Below, one piece after another: positions 38,301-53,000 of a stretch of 64,000 nt of DNA. The number at the start of each line of letters is the position of its first letter. The stretch's first letter is position 1. Below the pieces are notes generated by a model. The model was not told the DNA's origin, did not search any database, and saw only the letters and a list, made by a program, of their open reading frames with translations. The DNA comes from Proteromonas lacertae. Taxonomy: Eukaryota. The stretch covers positions 62,001 through 126,000 of the forward strand of contig NGBS01000893.1 in the NCBI GenBank assembly GCA_002245135.1. The letters are read 5' to 3'. The translations under genes and the position numbers were made by a program.

Positions 38301-40930
38301 AATTTGCTACAATTATTCAAATTTTGATTAAATAAATTATGTTTTTGAAAGTAAGGTATATGATTATGTAATTGCTGTTCATATTCTTCAATCATTGTCC
38401 TTTCTCTTTGAATAGAGTCACGAGCAATTAATATCTCTTTTCTCTTTTCATTTACATATCTTTTCGATGAATTTAAATTGGAAAAATCATCTTGTGAATC
38501 TTTTAATCCATTCTCTATACATTCTTTTGTTAGATGTTGTCTTTGTTTTCTTTTAGTTGTTTTTTCACCATTTCCTCCACTGTTATTTCCACCTTTTTCA
38601 TCATCATTTAAATAACTGTTAAATATTAGTTCAACATCTGTTCCACGCATTTCTAAAAAGTAATAATTTGAACACTTTGTAGAGTTATCTAATCCTTCAA
38701 TTAAGGCAGTTATTAGTTTGTTACCAAAACCAAAATATTCTGGTCCTCCTATAGTTCGAGGTTTTTGACCAATTCGTTTATTAGGAGGCATTTTAGATCT
38801 TCGTATATTGGAGACTGCTGTAGCTATTGCACTCCATACACCACTGGAACTACTACTTTGACATTCATACTTGATTTCAGGACACTATGTAATAAATAAA
38901 TAAATAAATAAATAATAATATACAGTTACTCTGAATAATGGACCACTTCCATTTGGACCTTCTAATATTTCAGATATATAACAAACATCGACTTGAGGAT
39001 CATTAACACTTGGATAGACTCTGGTAGAACGAAAATTGACTGGATAAATGTAATGATTGTTGTGATAACTAACTGTAGGGTTAATATAACCTAAATTCTC
39101 AATCTAATAAATAAATATATTGATATAATACAGTGACTAAACCAACTTGAAGTGGGAATTTAATAGATGCTAATTTCTCTTTAGCTCTTTCATATGATCT
39201 GATTTTAATTTCATTGGATTGTTCTGGAGTTAAAGGTATTGATGATGATGATGATATTGGATTTCTCTGTGTAGATAATGATGAAGCTAATGATATTGAT
39301 TGTGGAGGCGGTAGTAGTTGTTGTTGTTTCTGTTGTTTCTGTTGTTTTAATTTTGGCAGAAATGCTTGTGATGATGTGTCACTCATTGGTGAAGCTTCTA
39401 TTGTTGATAAAGTGGATAAAGATGAATTACTAGCCAAAAACGATGTTGGATCTATTAATATTAAATAAATATAAATATACATAAAAGAGGAGGAATAATA
39501 TCTTTAATAAACAAATTATCTGATTGATTTGGTTGTTGTCTTTGTTGTTGTTGTTGTTGCTGTTGCTGTTGTTGTAACAATATATCATCATCAGTAATAG
39601 GTGTTGTTGTTAAAGGAGAAGGCGATGGATTACTAATAAACGGCATTTCACTTGATCCATAATCAATATTATCATCTCCACATATACTAGAAGTACCTTC
39701 ATCGTAGAGATTTTGACTGTCTAAACCAAATTGTTGTTGTGATGATGATGATAGTAAATCATTCGACGAATTAATCATTATTGAAGAAGAAGAAGAAGAA
39801 GATGGTGGTGGTTGTTGGAGTATCAATTGCTGTGGATTTTGATTTTGTTCAACTGTCTTTTGTTGTATTAATTTCTGATATGTTTGCATATGATTAATTT
39901 GCTGTTCTTTCTGTAACTTTTGTGCTTGAATTTGTTCTTTGATTTGTTGTTGTTGTGCTTGAATCTGTTGCTGCGGCGTTAATATATAATAACGACCTTG
40001 TTGTTGACCTACCTTACAATCATTAGTAAATCGTGTTAAAGTTTTTCTTACTACATTTCTCAAATAATCATCTTTCACTGTTGCATCTAATTTCTTCTTT
40101 ACAAATTTTGTTATTTCGATTAATTGTGGACTATCTAATGTTTTTAAGGCTTCGATAACTGCTTCATCATATTTGGTTTTGGAACATCTTCCTGATGATT
40201 GTTTATTCGTTGAAAGTAATGATTTTTGAGTGTTTGGAGGTGAAGGTGGTGGAAGTTGATTCTGTTGCTGTTGAATTTGCTGTTGCACTTGCTGTTGCTG
40301 AATTTGTATTTTCTGTTGTTGTTGTTGTTGCTCTGATAAACTTATCATTTGTGGAGGATAAGGAAAAGGCTATAAAATAGAATTATTATTATCATACATT
40401 TACGCCAACTGATGTACCAATATGTGGAATATAATCTGAAGAATGAGAAGGTTGAATTCCACCTATTATACTCTTTGATATTGATTTTGGAGTAGCATCT
40501 ATTATATCTATTGTGTATATATAGTATAAATATACTATGAGTCTTGATATTATTGTATATTGATAAAGATTTAGAATAGTTTGTCTGTGGTAATAAATTG
40601 GGATTAGGATGGTTTATCATCATCGGATTTTGGTGTGGCACTAAATTATTGGGTAAATTAGGGTAAGGGCCTATATTAAAATAGTATAGAAGCTAAATTA
40701 ATTAGCATAATGACAGAAACGAGCTAATCGTAAGGTGTTTTGTGGATTTAATAAAGCAAAATAGTATATTATAAGCATACGTGGCCAAATTTGGATTTCT
40801 GGTTTCAGATTGTTTTCTGTTGATGTAACAGAAGGTGGGATATTTAATTTCTGTGCATCTTGATGCCTGGAAGCCTATCACAAAAGATAAAAATATAACA
40901 TACACTAGAATTCCCGTTTTGAAAATTCAT
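33535..40930 (-). CDS. Large BAZ/MBD9-like chromatin protein: H15-like winged helix, FYRN/FYRC, DDT, bromodomain, PHD, WHIM1, Myb/SANT, second FYRN/FYRC, WHIM3
   Basis: FYR (IYPVNFRSTRVY..., GPEYFGF and VWPVGFKS..., GPILFGF), DDT (VLEVWDFINTFS), bromodomain (PFLEPV..NYTKIVKNPMDL..NCQLYN), PHD (CPLC..FCDQCNNEYHIKC..CSLC), Myb (WTKKQ..GENRW..VRDKW) and WHIM3 (PIGTDRYNNKYY). More than 10 introns; frame breaks near 36345, 36610 and 36750. Confidence 0.8.
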
Positions 40931-41673
40931 CCAATATTATAAAACATAAAATAAGCTTGAGGCTTGATAACTGTTTTTACATTTTAATCAACACCACATG
41001 CATTATATTGTAAACACAATGCATAAATACCTTAAGTACGCTTTAGTAAAGGTTTCTAAAATATATTGAATAGTTTTATGAAATTTCTAAATTTGCAGAC
41101 ATTTTAGGTTGTTGGGTTAGTCCAAAGAGTATGACATGATTAAAGTAAAATATTGAAGAATTATTTTGTACAACTGGTCATAATCAATTTTAGTATTAAT
41201 GACTACAGTTGTTTGATATATGTTCTGTAATCTTGTCATTAAAGCAGATGAAATAGTCAAAATGACCATAATTAACTACATCGATGATTTTTCTATATAA
41301 TTTGATGCATATATCAACATTGGTTGAAGTTTTCATAATAACTCATATATTAAGATGTGGTTCACTAAATCTAATTTTATCATTAATATTTCGTGTTAAA
41401 CAATAAACAAATGTTAAGTGTATTTTATCTATATTTCACTCTGTATTATTATATAACCATTATTTATTGATAAAAATATTTGATTAAATACAATGTGTAA
41501 CAGTTATATTAACTCTTAGTGATAAACATATGACATAGCTCAATCACATATTTTGTGAGTTTATAACGAATGATAATATTCAAATATATGATAATGATTA
41601 ATTACAAAATATTTTAAATCATTATTTTGAACAAATCCCTATATTTTTGTTAAAGGATAAACAACTCTTTGCT

Positions 41674-42395
41674 ATGAATGAAAAGAAGCAATCAAAATCA
41701 AGTTTGATCAAACAAAGCCAAAAGAATCTTTTTAACTTTCTACAACAACAGCATTATGAAAATTTTGAATTGTTTCTCGATAACCACCGTATACTAGTTA
41801 AATAAGTAGTATAGAAGATCAAGACATTTGTACAATCCATCATACCAAAAGCGATGATCATTTTTTATCTAATTTAGACCAAGAAGTAGGAGCTGTACTA
41901 TAAAGCATATACTAATTAAAATGTTAATAGATCAGTGTAGATGATGATACTATCACTCCAACCAATCCAGATTTCGAAGTATGTGTTGATTGGCCTTCAT
42001 TTGATCAATTACTACATCATGTCACTCATCCACTCAGAAAAATCATGAAAGAAGATGTATTATATTATATATAGTTATATTTATTAATAGCTATTAGCCA
42101 TAAGAACGAGAAATGACTTAATTCAGTATTTAGATACTTTTTCAAATGTATTTAATGCAATCCCATTACCAATCGAATATTCATCCGTTGATCTTCGTCA
42201 AGCCGAAAAAGATATAACTCGAGAAAATGTGATAGTGAATGGTGTAGGATGTGAAGGTCATTTGGATTACGAATCAATTATATTGTTGTTAAAATCATCC
42301 ATTATATCATTTACTTATGATGATAATAGAGCAACAAAGAAAGTTGTTGAAACAATATTAAAAAGTGCATCTAGAACATGGACAGGAGTATAATA

Positions 42396-42430
<35 letters not shown>

Positions 42431-43209
42431 TATAGGGCGATGCTTATTTTACAGTTTCAAAGTTATTATGTAATTGTACAACAAGAGCAATAGCTGGTGT
42501 TCTTGAAGGACCTCCTATAGAAATATCGATTTATCCAAATGGAATATCAACTGTAATTAATATTTATTATTTTCTTTTGTAATATATATATATATTTAAT
42601 GTAGATTAAAACTGTTCATGTCTTTGTGATAAGATCAAATATACATACTTTATTATCAATTGAGTATATTTATCATTATCATATTTTTATTTTTATTTTA
42701 GATGTGTTATAAAAGAAACAATCAAATTCAATTCAAACGGAGATATTGAAAGGCAAAGAAGAATAGTAACTTTACAGTACAATCTTAACAAAGATATAAT
42801 TGGCAATAGTCCTGCAGAAGCAGTAGAAAAGAACTTAAGAAAAGTGAAGAGTTTAGGACAAAGAGTATTGCATAGTGTTAAAAAGTATGATTATATTCTT
42901 ATTTTTTATGTTATTAGAATGATTAATTCTCACAAAGTTTATGATATAATTATAGCCAATCCAGGTCCATTAGGAATCACATTACAATCAATGAAAGATG
43001 AGCAAAATAGAACTCAAATATACATAGAAGATGCTTCAGATTTTGTAAAGAAAAAGAAATCTGATCATAAGATAAATAAAGGTGATATTTTAATTGCTGT
43101 GAATGACATTAATTTGTATAATACAACATTGGATGATGCTGCAGATATTATTAAGAAAGCTCCATCACCCAGAAGATTGAAACTAATGAAGAATAAAATT
43201 GATGATTAA
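41674..43209 (+). CDS. Multi-intron protein with C-terminal PDZ domain
   Basis: Spliced model from ATG 41674 (..QAEKDITRENVIVNG..SASRTWTG|GDAYF..). The last exon GPLGITL...GDILIAVND..L....LDDAADIIK is PDZ-like. Confidence 0.75.
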
Positions 43210-43345
43210 TGATTTTGTGTTTTTTGTATATAAATATTTATTTATTTGTTATGATTTTTTTATTTTTTTTATTTTTATAGACAAAAGACCAATATAGAGA
43301 GAAAACAAAATAACAAGAATATAATAAATAGAGAGAAATAGGTGA

Positions 43346-44605
43346 TTAATCATTCTTCTTATCTTTTGTATCTTCATCTTCACTTTGACCATCAAATATT
43401 TGCTCTTTATCAAATACAACTTTCTTAGCAATTGAAGCAATTTCCCAAAACCAAATCAATTGTAAGATTTGGATGGATATTAACAGAATCAAAAAACACC
43501 ATTTCACATAAACTAAATCAAAGAAATTGCCAATAGAAGGATTGAATATTCTATTTTGAACATACATCTCAGCATCATGATAAACACTCCACAAATCTTT
43601 AAAGAATATTACATGTCGAGTGAAAAACCAAGTAACTATTAAAAATAGATTTATTATATATTTTATACAGAAGAAAACTGTGTAAATCCAATCAGATACT
43701 TTAAAATAACCTGTATATCTAAATATTTTAGCAAATGGAAGTAATATATCAGCAGGATCCATTGTTATAAGAATTGATATTCCAATTTCAACGAAATTCA
43801 TAAAGTAGGACAATCCAATTAATGAACTTGTTACTAAATGATGAAATATGTACATTTTATAATCTTTTCTTCTTGTTTCACTGGATACTACTATTATCAT
43901 AGCTAAATAATAAGCCATTTCTGTTAAATAATAGAGTTTTAGATTTATGGTTCTAGTTAATACAGGATAATTAGTCCAAATGTATTTTGTATTAAAATAA
44001 AAATTTGGATGATATGTTAAGCATGTATATACTCCCCATATGAAACTGCATAAATAATACAACCCAACCCATAATTGTTCATGAAATTTTCTTCTTTCAA
44101 GCTCTGATGCTTTCTCAACATGCATTATCATTCCAATAATAGGAAAAACGGTTGATCTTAGTATAAATCTGAGAGATAGTAAACATAAGATTAAAGAATA
44201 AACTGTACATATATCTAGGATTCCATAAGAATATAATCCATTTTCTAATGGATAATTCAGTTTCAAAAATGGTTGGAAGTATACCACCTTATTTTGTAGA
44301 AATTTCATTGTCATTAGAGTAAGCATAGCAAAGTAGAATAAAATTAAGGTGAAAATAATATCAATAATGGTTATTAAAGATATAAATCCGTGATATTCAA
44401 GAATAACTTCTATGACATTAATTCTTTCTTCACATCCACATGTACATACTGTTTGTTCTAAGAATTAGTGAATTTATATCAATACCATCTTGATTGTAAG
44501 GTTTTTTGTTATCTTCATTAACTGCTCTATGAGTTACACTTTGCATTATTTGAAGAAGAAAAGAAAATTTCTTATTTTTTCACCAAAGCGAAGATATTCA
44601 GCCAT
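43346..44605 (-). CDS. Ceramide synthase (LAG1/LAC1, TLC domain)
   Basis: RKFHEQLW, KLYYL, Lag1 motif RRKDYKMYIFHHLVT...MDPADILL..AK, LQLIWF and acidic C-terminus DGQSEDED. Confidence 0.92.
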
Positions 44606-44779
44606 GAAAGAATTTTTCAATGACTAACTGAATAATATACTTATTTAAAGATAAGATAATTCAATTCACTATATTTGTATGAATTTAGAAATTCTGGAAA
44701 TAATCTCTCAATATACAATATTTATTATTATAGAAATACTACACTATTCATATACACATCTTTTATTCGATATTAACAA

Positions 44780-44908
44780 CTAAAGTAAATATTCTCTATA
44801 ATCGTTTAATTCTAACAAATAATAAATATACGGATTAGTTAGCACTGTTAATCCATCGTCACTGAGAGTGATATCTTCATGATTACACCAACGATAGTGA
44901 CGATCCAT
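44780..44908 (-). other. Small spliced ORF or gene remnant (MDRHYRWCNHEDITLSDDGLTVLTNP|EYLL*)
   Basis: GC-richer 26-codon segment followed by a typical GTATAT...TAG intron. GGTGCGAAAA lies about 30 nt upstream. Confidence 0.3.
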
Positions 44909-45383
44909 TTGATTTAATAAAATCTGGGGATTTCTAACTTTTCGCACCTAATATTTTTTAAATGCTCAATATTTTATGAATGTAAAGATAAAGAAAATAA
45001 TGATGAATAAAAATGAATAGTGGTATATGTAATCTGCATTAATCTGGAATGATGATATTGTAATTGTTACTATGAAGTAATAAAGAGTGTGTGAGATATT
45101 AATAGTTAAATGAATGGAATAAAAATTGAAATGAGTGTTTTATTAATTTATTGACTGCATTATGAAGCAATATGAGGTGTGTTTGTTGTAGTTTGATTGC
45201 TTTCAATAATTATTTGATGAAGATGTTATGTCTATATAATGACATATTAATATAATGATGTGTAATGTGAATAAAACGAATATATATTTAAAAAATAGAA
45301 TTGTAAAGAATATTTCATTGGTAATTTGAATAGATATTGTAAAGTTATTTTTCCGATTAACTCATTTTGTTTGTTATTTGACT

Positions 45384-46318
45384 ATGGCTACTGCTGTTTG
45401 TCATTTGAGATGTTTTTATCCATATAATGAAGATATGAGTGATTGTATGAATGAAAATGACTGCTGTTTATTTGATGACAAGAAGATGAGTAAAGATATA
45501 AAAAGCGAATATAGTGAAAATGAAGATAAATGCATAAAGATAGTAGAATCTGATTTACCTGAAATAATAAAGAGTAAATTACAATCAATTCATGTTTCTT
45601 GTTTCTCAGAAGCAATTCTACCAACAAATGTAGGTAAATTATGTATTCGAGTATACACCTCGTTAGAATGTCGTGATTTGTATGATTTATAAATTGATAA
45701 TTTTAAAATGAATAGTTCATTTCAACCAGTTGCATTAATATCAGGTAAAATCGAAAATAGTAGTAGTGTAGCTGTTCGTGTTCATGATCAATGTTTTACA
45801 TCTGAAGTATTTGGATCAAAGAAATGTGATTGTAAAGAACAATTAGAATATGCAAAGAAATATATAAAAGAGAATGGTGGAATGATAATCTATCTTCAAC
45901 AAGAAGGTCGTGGAATAGGTTTAGCAAACAAAATAGCTGCTTATCATTTGCAAGATGATGGTAAAGATACAGTAGAAGCTAATCGATGTTTAGGTTTAGA
46001 AGATGATTATCGAACTTATGAATGTGTAAAACAGATATTGGAAGATTTACATATTTCTTCAATCCGATTAATGACAAATAATCCTTATAAGAAAATGTGG
46101 TATAAAATATAAAAATAATAATATAAATACATAGTTTGGAACAATTAGGTATAAAGATAGACAGTTTAATTCCTGTAATAATAAAACCGAATGAATATGA
46201 TATAGGTTATTTACACTGTAAAGCTGAAAGAATGGGTCATTTTTTACCTTTATATAAACTTTCAAATACTGATAATAAAACTGAAAAAGATAATGTTGAG
46301 AATGAAATAATAATGTGA
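45384..46318 (+). CDS. ribA: GTP cyclohydrolase II (riboflavin biosynthesis), 2 introns
   Basis: AILPTNVG, VRVHDQCFTSEVFGSKKCDC (Zn ligands), IYLQQEGRGIGLANKI, DTVEAN, LMTNNP and KAERMGH. Confidence 0.93.
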
Positions 46319-47061
46319 AAATAGTTGTAATTGTTATAATTTTGATTATATTTTTGTTTGGTAAATGAGTATTGAAAAAATGTAGTTGTATATTGAGCTT
46401 TTTTCTATTTTTCTCTATAAAATGTTGTATATTAACACAAATGTCTTATAGTTGTAATAATTAAGTGATTATGTTTATTTATATCAAAGAAACTATGATA
46501 TTACCAACCAGTTTTAAAAAGATTGTTAAATTGTATATACAAATATCTAGTTAGGTGATTTAATCAATAAATATATGATCTTATAATTGGTAGGTAGTTT
46601 ATTTATTCTCAAAATAATCTTAAATCAGATTAACTGAAACAAAAGAAGTCAAATATATATATTTTATATCACATGTGATAATTAGTCTCAAACATAGAAT
46701 AACTAAAGTAAAATAATATCTGTACTATCTTCTTAAACATCTCAATTAAATAGATTTGATTAATAAATATAGCCGTTTCTCAATTTCTATTTCTTTGTTT
46801 TTTTGCTAAAATAGTTAATAAAAATACTTATATTTATCAATAGTTTTATTGTAATAATCATATGTATGGGATGAAAAGCAACACTATACTCTAAATGAAG
46901 GCAATGTGTGTTGTAGGTATTTAAAAATATATATTATGTTATAAAATAAGATAAAAACATGTCTTATTTAATGATTATGTTATAAATCACTCAATGAGCT
47001 CTTGTATGTGAAATTAAAAAATAATTCAATTCTATTTTGAAAATAACCAATCAAAGCGAAA

Positions 47062-50000
47062 ATGTCTTTATTTCTTTGGTTTGCGTTTAGTTTATTATTT
47101 TATGGTGTGTCTCCAGCATCATATGATAAGGTAAAAGTGAATATAGAGGTTGACTCACAAAATACTTTCTATATTTCACTTAATGGCATCATTTATAGAA
47201 TTTTGAATTCAAACGATTTTATATTAATACAAGGGATGAGTATTAGTAGTTTTACAACTGATGAAATCGCTTACACTTCAAAGATTCTTGAATATCAACA
47301 TTTGAGAGAACCAAAGTCGCTAAAAAGCTCTATGACAAATCGTACCTATAGTGGTGAATGGAATAACCCCATATTTGGAATAACAAACGTTAGAGTAGCT
47401 TTTATAAGAACTCTGTGGTATAGAGCAAGTGATCATCCATATCTATGTCATACAAGAGAATTTATAGAAAAATCATTCATACATCTTGATCATGCTGTTA
47501 GATTATGGTCAGGAAATCAACTTGGTTTGAATGTGAGTGGTTGTTATGTATCTGAGTGTGTAGATGCTGTTTCAGATGAAGAATATGCAGATACAGAAAA
47601 TCATAGTTCCTTAGTTTCTAAATGGTATAATCGATTACTGAGTTGGTATAAATGGCCAGAAGGAATAAAAAAAGAAGATTTTTCAACAATTGCTGTTGCA
47701 TGGGGTCCATTAAGTGTTGGTTGGAGTGGTGTAGCTAATGGAGCAAATTGTGATATCTATTTTAATAATAAAGGCACATATTTTGTCTTTATGAATGCAG
47801 GATTTACTGGTGATTTTTTTTATAGAGCGTTTATTCATGAAGCTGGTCATAATATGGGATTTGGTCATGCAGGTGGTCGTCCAGTATCAGTAACAGGACA
47901 ATTACTTAATTATGTAGTTTCAGGTGATTATGTTGATATAGCTAGTTATATGGCAATTGGTAATTGGTATTGTCCAATTTCAGCAAGACAATATCATTGT
48001 ATGGTTTCTAATGGTAATCCACAGCCATGGTATTGGTTTAAATTAGAAGAAGTTGGTACTTATACTGTGAGAATATATGCATTTGATCATCCATATACAA
48101 GACATTTCTTAGGTAATACATCACCATATCATGATGAGAATGAAGAATTTGATGGTGTTAAAATGAAATATACTTGTTTAGCATTAGAAATTCCTTTTGA
48201 TAAAGAAACAATGGTAAGTGGACTTAATATGGAAAATTATCAATATATATCTACATTACTTGAGTATAGATATACAGCAGAAGGACAAATGGCATGGAAT
48301 GCTAGAAGTTTAAGATGGATATGGGGACCTGTATATCAGGCAGATGGTACTATTCATCAAGGTGGTGGTCATACTATGTTAGATATTGATATAGATGGAA
48401 TGACAGGAGGTAGAGAAAATGGTTGGGGTGATGGTCAATTACCACTTGGTGTAACTTGGACTCCAAGAGATATTGATAAAGGAATAATGCAATTTAGATT
48501 AAAGAAAATCCATCCTGGTTCTTTAGAAGCAACAACATTTGAAGTAGTTGAAGATGTAAAACAAAGAAGTTATGATGAACCAGCTTATGTTGATGTAGAA
48601 GTAACTTATAAACCTGGAGTTGCATTTGTTAAACCAACAATTCCACCAAAATTTCCATGCATACATTAAATCTCATTCAATTGTTTCATGCGAGACAGAT
48701 GAATCATCTAATACAATGACTTGTACAACCCAAAGTAGTACATTTTGGTTATTTGGTGAAAGTGAAGGTGATAATAATCTTCCAAGAGTATATAGTGATG
48801 AAGAAGCATCAATAGATGGAAGAAAAGTAATATCATCATTTGGTGGATATACATTCCCATTTTATTTCCATTGTTTTGGTGAAACAATTAATCATCGATG
48901 TGTTAAAATAACAGTAGCAACTGCTAGTGGTGGAAGTGGAGGATTTTCAAATGTAAATCTATGGTATGATTGTACTATTACTAGTGGACCAGATAAGAAT
49001 CAATTATCATTCGATTTTACTGGTAATTCAATATTTGCTGCTGTTCCAAGCGATGCATATGCAATTACAATTAGTGATATGTCTGGAAAACCGATAGATG
49101 TTCTTGGTCATATAGATGGAGGATATTTGTTTTACAGACTTCCTGATTTTACAGTAGATGGATTATTTGAAGGTGTTATTAGAGCTCATGATGATTCTAG
49201 TGCAGTATCATCATATTATAATTTCCAAATGACAAGAGCAAATAATACAGACAGAGTTGCATTTAGAAAGAAAAGAGATAATAACAAATATGAAATAAGT
49301 GCTGCTGCAATTCCACCAAATAAATTCACTGCTCCAACTATGTTATTTAGTCAAACAATAGAAGCGAATGTGAAATGGTATTATCCAATAGTTCATTTAC
49401 AAGCTTTTGATTATATTTTTATTGATATAAAAGGCAGTGTTCCTGAAGGTTTGAAGATAGAAGCAGAAGTAGAAAATGGAAAAGCTGAATTTGATTTAAG
49501 TGAATTGAATGGATATGAAGATATATCTTATAAAATCTTATGTAGAGATGTCTTAGAAATGACCAAAGGGTGGTGTGAATTCTATTCATTTACATTCAAT
49601 AAAGAAATTAGTATATTAAGTGTAAGAGAAGTCTTATCAACAAAATTTGGTAATCAAAGAGTAAATAGAAAAGCAGGTGATAGTGGATTTAATTATAAAG
49701 GTAAAAGATATGGAGTAATAATAAATCCATCTAAAGTAGAATATATTCCATTCAAAAAGACAATCAACGGAAAAGAATATGATTTTGATGAAGTTAATAG
49801 ATATTATGAATTGGGAAATAATGTAAAACCACCAACTCCAGCTCCAACTACACTTCCTCCAACTACACCTCCTCCCAAGCCAGATTTATCTACAAATGAA
49901 GAAATTGAATTTATAATAATTGGTGGTGAGAATGAATATAATAAAATTGTGTATAAACTAAAAGCTACTTTTAATAATCGTGTTGCAGAATTATTTGAAT

Positions 50001-53000
50001 ATTTAGAACCTGGTGAAAACAAAGTTCATTATTATTTAAATCATGATGATTATTATCTTGAATATGGAAATCACCAAGACAATAATGATTGGAGATATTC
50101 TCAAATAATAATCTCCATAGTAGATGGTCCAGTGTTATTTAAAGGAAGTTACGATGGTAGTTCAGTATTAAATCATAAACATTTGATAGTAAAGAATTAT
50201 ATGAAAAGTGATAAGAATTTAAAATACATTGACAAAGAACAATATGATGATAATTGGAAAGAAGGTGAATATATGAGTACTTGGAAAGATGGAAGTTCAA
50301 GATTAGATTCATTAAAAGGTGTTGATAAAAGATATTATTATAAGTCAATCGATATTAGAGAATCAATGGAAGATATAGTGTCATTCTATATGAAAATGAA
50401 GATATGTGGAAAAGCCACATTATATATGAATAAAATAAAATTCCAAATAATCGAAAGATGTAATTCAGATGATTATATAGAATTTAGCGTTCAATCTCAT
50501 ATAATGAATGTTGGTATAAACCATTTGGCTGTTGAATTTGAAAATATAAACAACATCGAAAAAGATGTATTTGAAATAAGTCAATTCTTTATGTTGACAG
50601 TTGATTCTGATCCAATTAGTTTACCAACAACACCTCCTCCAACACAAAGTCCAGCTGATTTTAATCTAATAACTGAAAATACTGAATGGGAATATAGTGA
50701 TGATAATCAGAATGATCAATTATGGACTTCATTCTATAAAAGTGAAGTTGATAATTGGAAAAAATCTTCTGAAAATCATTTTGAAACAAAATCAGCAGTA
50801 ACTCGATATTATCGAACAACCTTTACAATTGAAAGTGTTTTATCGTTAGTTGGTACACCTCAAGCTTAGAATTGAAGCTTAGTGAAGGAATAATCGTATA
50901 TGTAAATGGCTATGAAATCTATCGATACAATTTAGAATGTGGAATGATCAACTCTAATATAACATCAATAAAATCCTATGAGAATATAAGAACAAAAACA
51001 ATAATGATTCCTTTAAGTGTGATTTATCAAGGATTGAATTATATAGGTGTTGAAATTCATGAGAATAAGGAAATAGTAGATAAAATAGATTCGTTCTATT
51101 TGAGATTAGGAATAACAAATCCAATAAGTGAAACTCAATTAATGACTTCCAATGCTGATGTAAATATAAATCATTATCCAAATAAAGAAGGATTGGAATG
51201 GAGTAATAAGAATGATATTCATGATGATTATGATAATTTGAAAACTATGAACAAATTCAATTATGGAGGAGGTGAAGCTGCTGTATTACCTTGGAATACA
51301 ACAATCTCATTAAAGAGTGATGAAGCTAGATATGTGAATGTGTTTAGATTTGCTGGTTGTACAAATGATGCAAATACTCATCCCAAGAGTATAATTGTAT
51401 ATGGATCAACAGATAAAGATAATTTGGTATGGGATGAAATATATCGAAATGATAATTTAGAATTTGAATTAGCTTACAGTAATGTAATTAGTGAATGTCC
51501 TGATGAATTGATAGTATCAATTCCAATTTATAAATCTTATGAAATATTAAAAGTATCAGTGTTAAAAACAAAATATTATAGTAATTGGATTCAATTTAGA
51601 TTAATCACATTTAATCAAACAAGACCAAAAATCTGTAAAAGCTTAGGCGAATTTCCAAGTGCATTTGGTAATAGTGATGTGAAAGTTGGTTGTAGTGAAT
51701 CTGGATATAAGATTAGAAAGTGTGACAAAGATGGTTATTGGGAAGATAATATTGATGAAAGTGTATGTAAAGGTGAAGTAATAATTCCAACAACACCAGA
51801 ACCAACGACAGTTAAACCAACTACTCAAAAACCAACCACTCTTCCACCAACTCCACCTCCATTAATATCAGTTGATTTACCATCTTATCATGTTACTGTA
51901 AATGAAAAAAAGAATGAAATCATTCCTGAATCAATCTCTACAGTAGAAAATGTGAATAAAGAAGCAAAAGAATTGAATTTCAAACCATCAACAAAGAAAC
52001 ACTTAATAATTGAAAATACCATAACAAAGAATAGAAAAAATAATATAAATAATCTTCCATATGCTTCAGAATCAACAACTAAAGAATTCTTAGATTCAAT
52101 GAAAGATATAAGAAATGATATAATTTCATTTACGCAATCTTATTCAATAAAAATGGAAAAATATGAATTACCAATAATTGAAAGTGGAAAAAGAATAGAT
52201 TTTGGTAGTAATACTTTAAATTTACAGTTTTCTCTATTTGACAATAGAAGAAGATTATTAGAAGAAGAAGATAATAGTAATAATAATACAAATTCAATTA
52301 GACTTTTTGGTGATTTAAATAATGTGACGATAGAGAATGTAGAAATTAATATTTATATGAAGAAAATAACAAATGAGATAGTAATAAGAGAATGTGGAAT
52401 ATTTGGTTCATTAAATAATTCCACATTGAAGAATATAAAACTTAAATTCTTTAACAGTATTCGATTTGATTGTAGTGAAAATTCAACAACAAATGGATTA
52501 ATAAGTGGTAAAAGTGAGAATGCAATATTTGAGAATGTCCAGATAGAATTTTATAAAGATAATATCAGAACAATGGCAATAGAAAATAAAGATTCAAATA
52601 TATTTGGAATGATTGTTGGTGAAGGAAGTAATATTAGAATCATTAATTGTAATGTATTTGGTGATATAATGACAGTGATAAATAATGGAAATAATACCAA
52701 AGACAATAGCAGTATATTTGGTGGATTAATAGGAAAATGTAATGATAAATGTGAAATAAGTAAATCTTATATTCAAGTGAATAATATTCTGTTATATCAA
52801 AGTATAATATTTGGTGGATTAATTGGTTCATTGAATGATGAAAGTGAGATGAAAGTAAGTAATTCATTTGTGTATATTGAAGATGGTTTAAGAATTGGAG
52901 TAGATAAAAATCAAAATGAGTTTGTATATGGAAGTTTTATTGGTGATACAAACAGATGTAAAGAAGTGAATATTAATAATAGTTGGGACAATTTTCATAA

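Noticed and set aside
41000..41650. Long intergenic region with a 46-codon minus ORF and a short ATGCATT hairpin
   Set aside because: No recognisable motif or splice pattern supports a feature.
44950..45383. FMN riboswitch upstream of ribA
   Set aside because: No RFN consensus or GC-rich stems are visible.
50834..50870. GT-AG intron explaining the second break in the secreted gene
   Set aside because: It lacks the usual GTA donor and AT-rich composition and would delete spacer residues of the domain. A 1-nt indel is more plausible.
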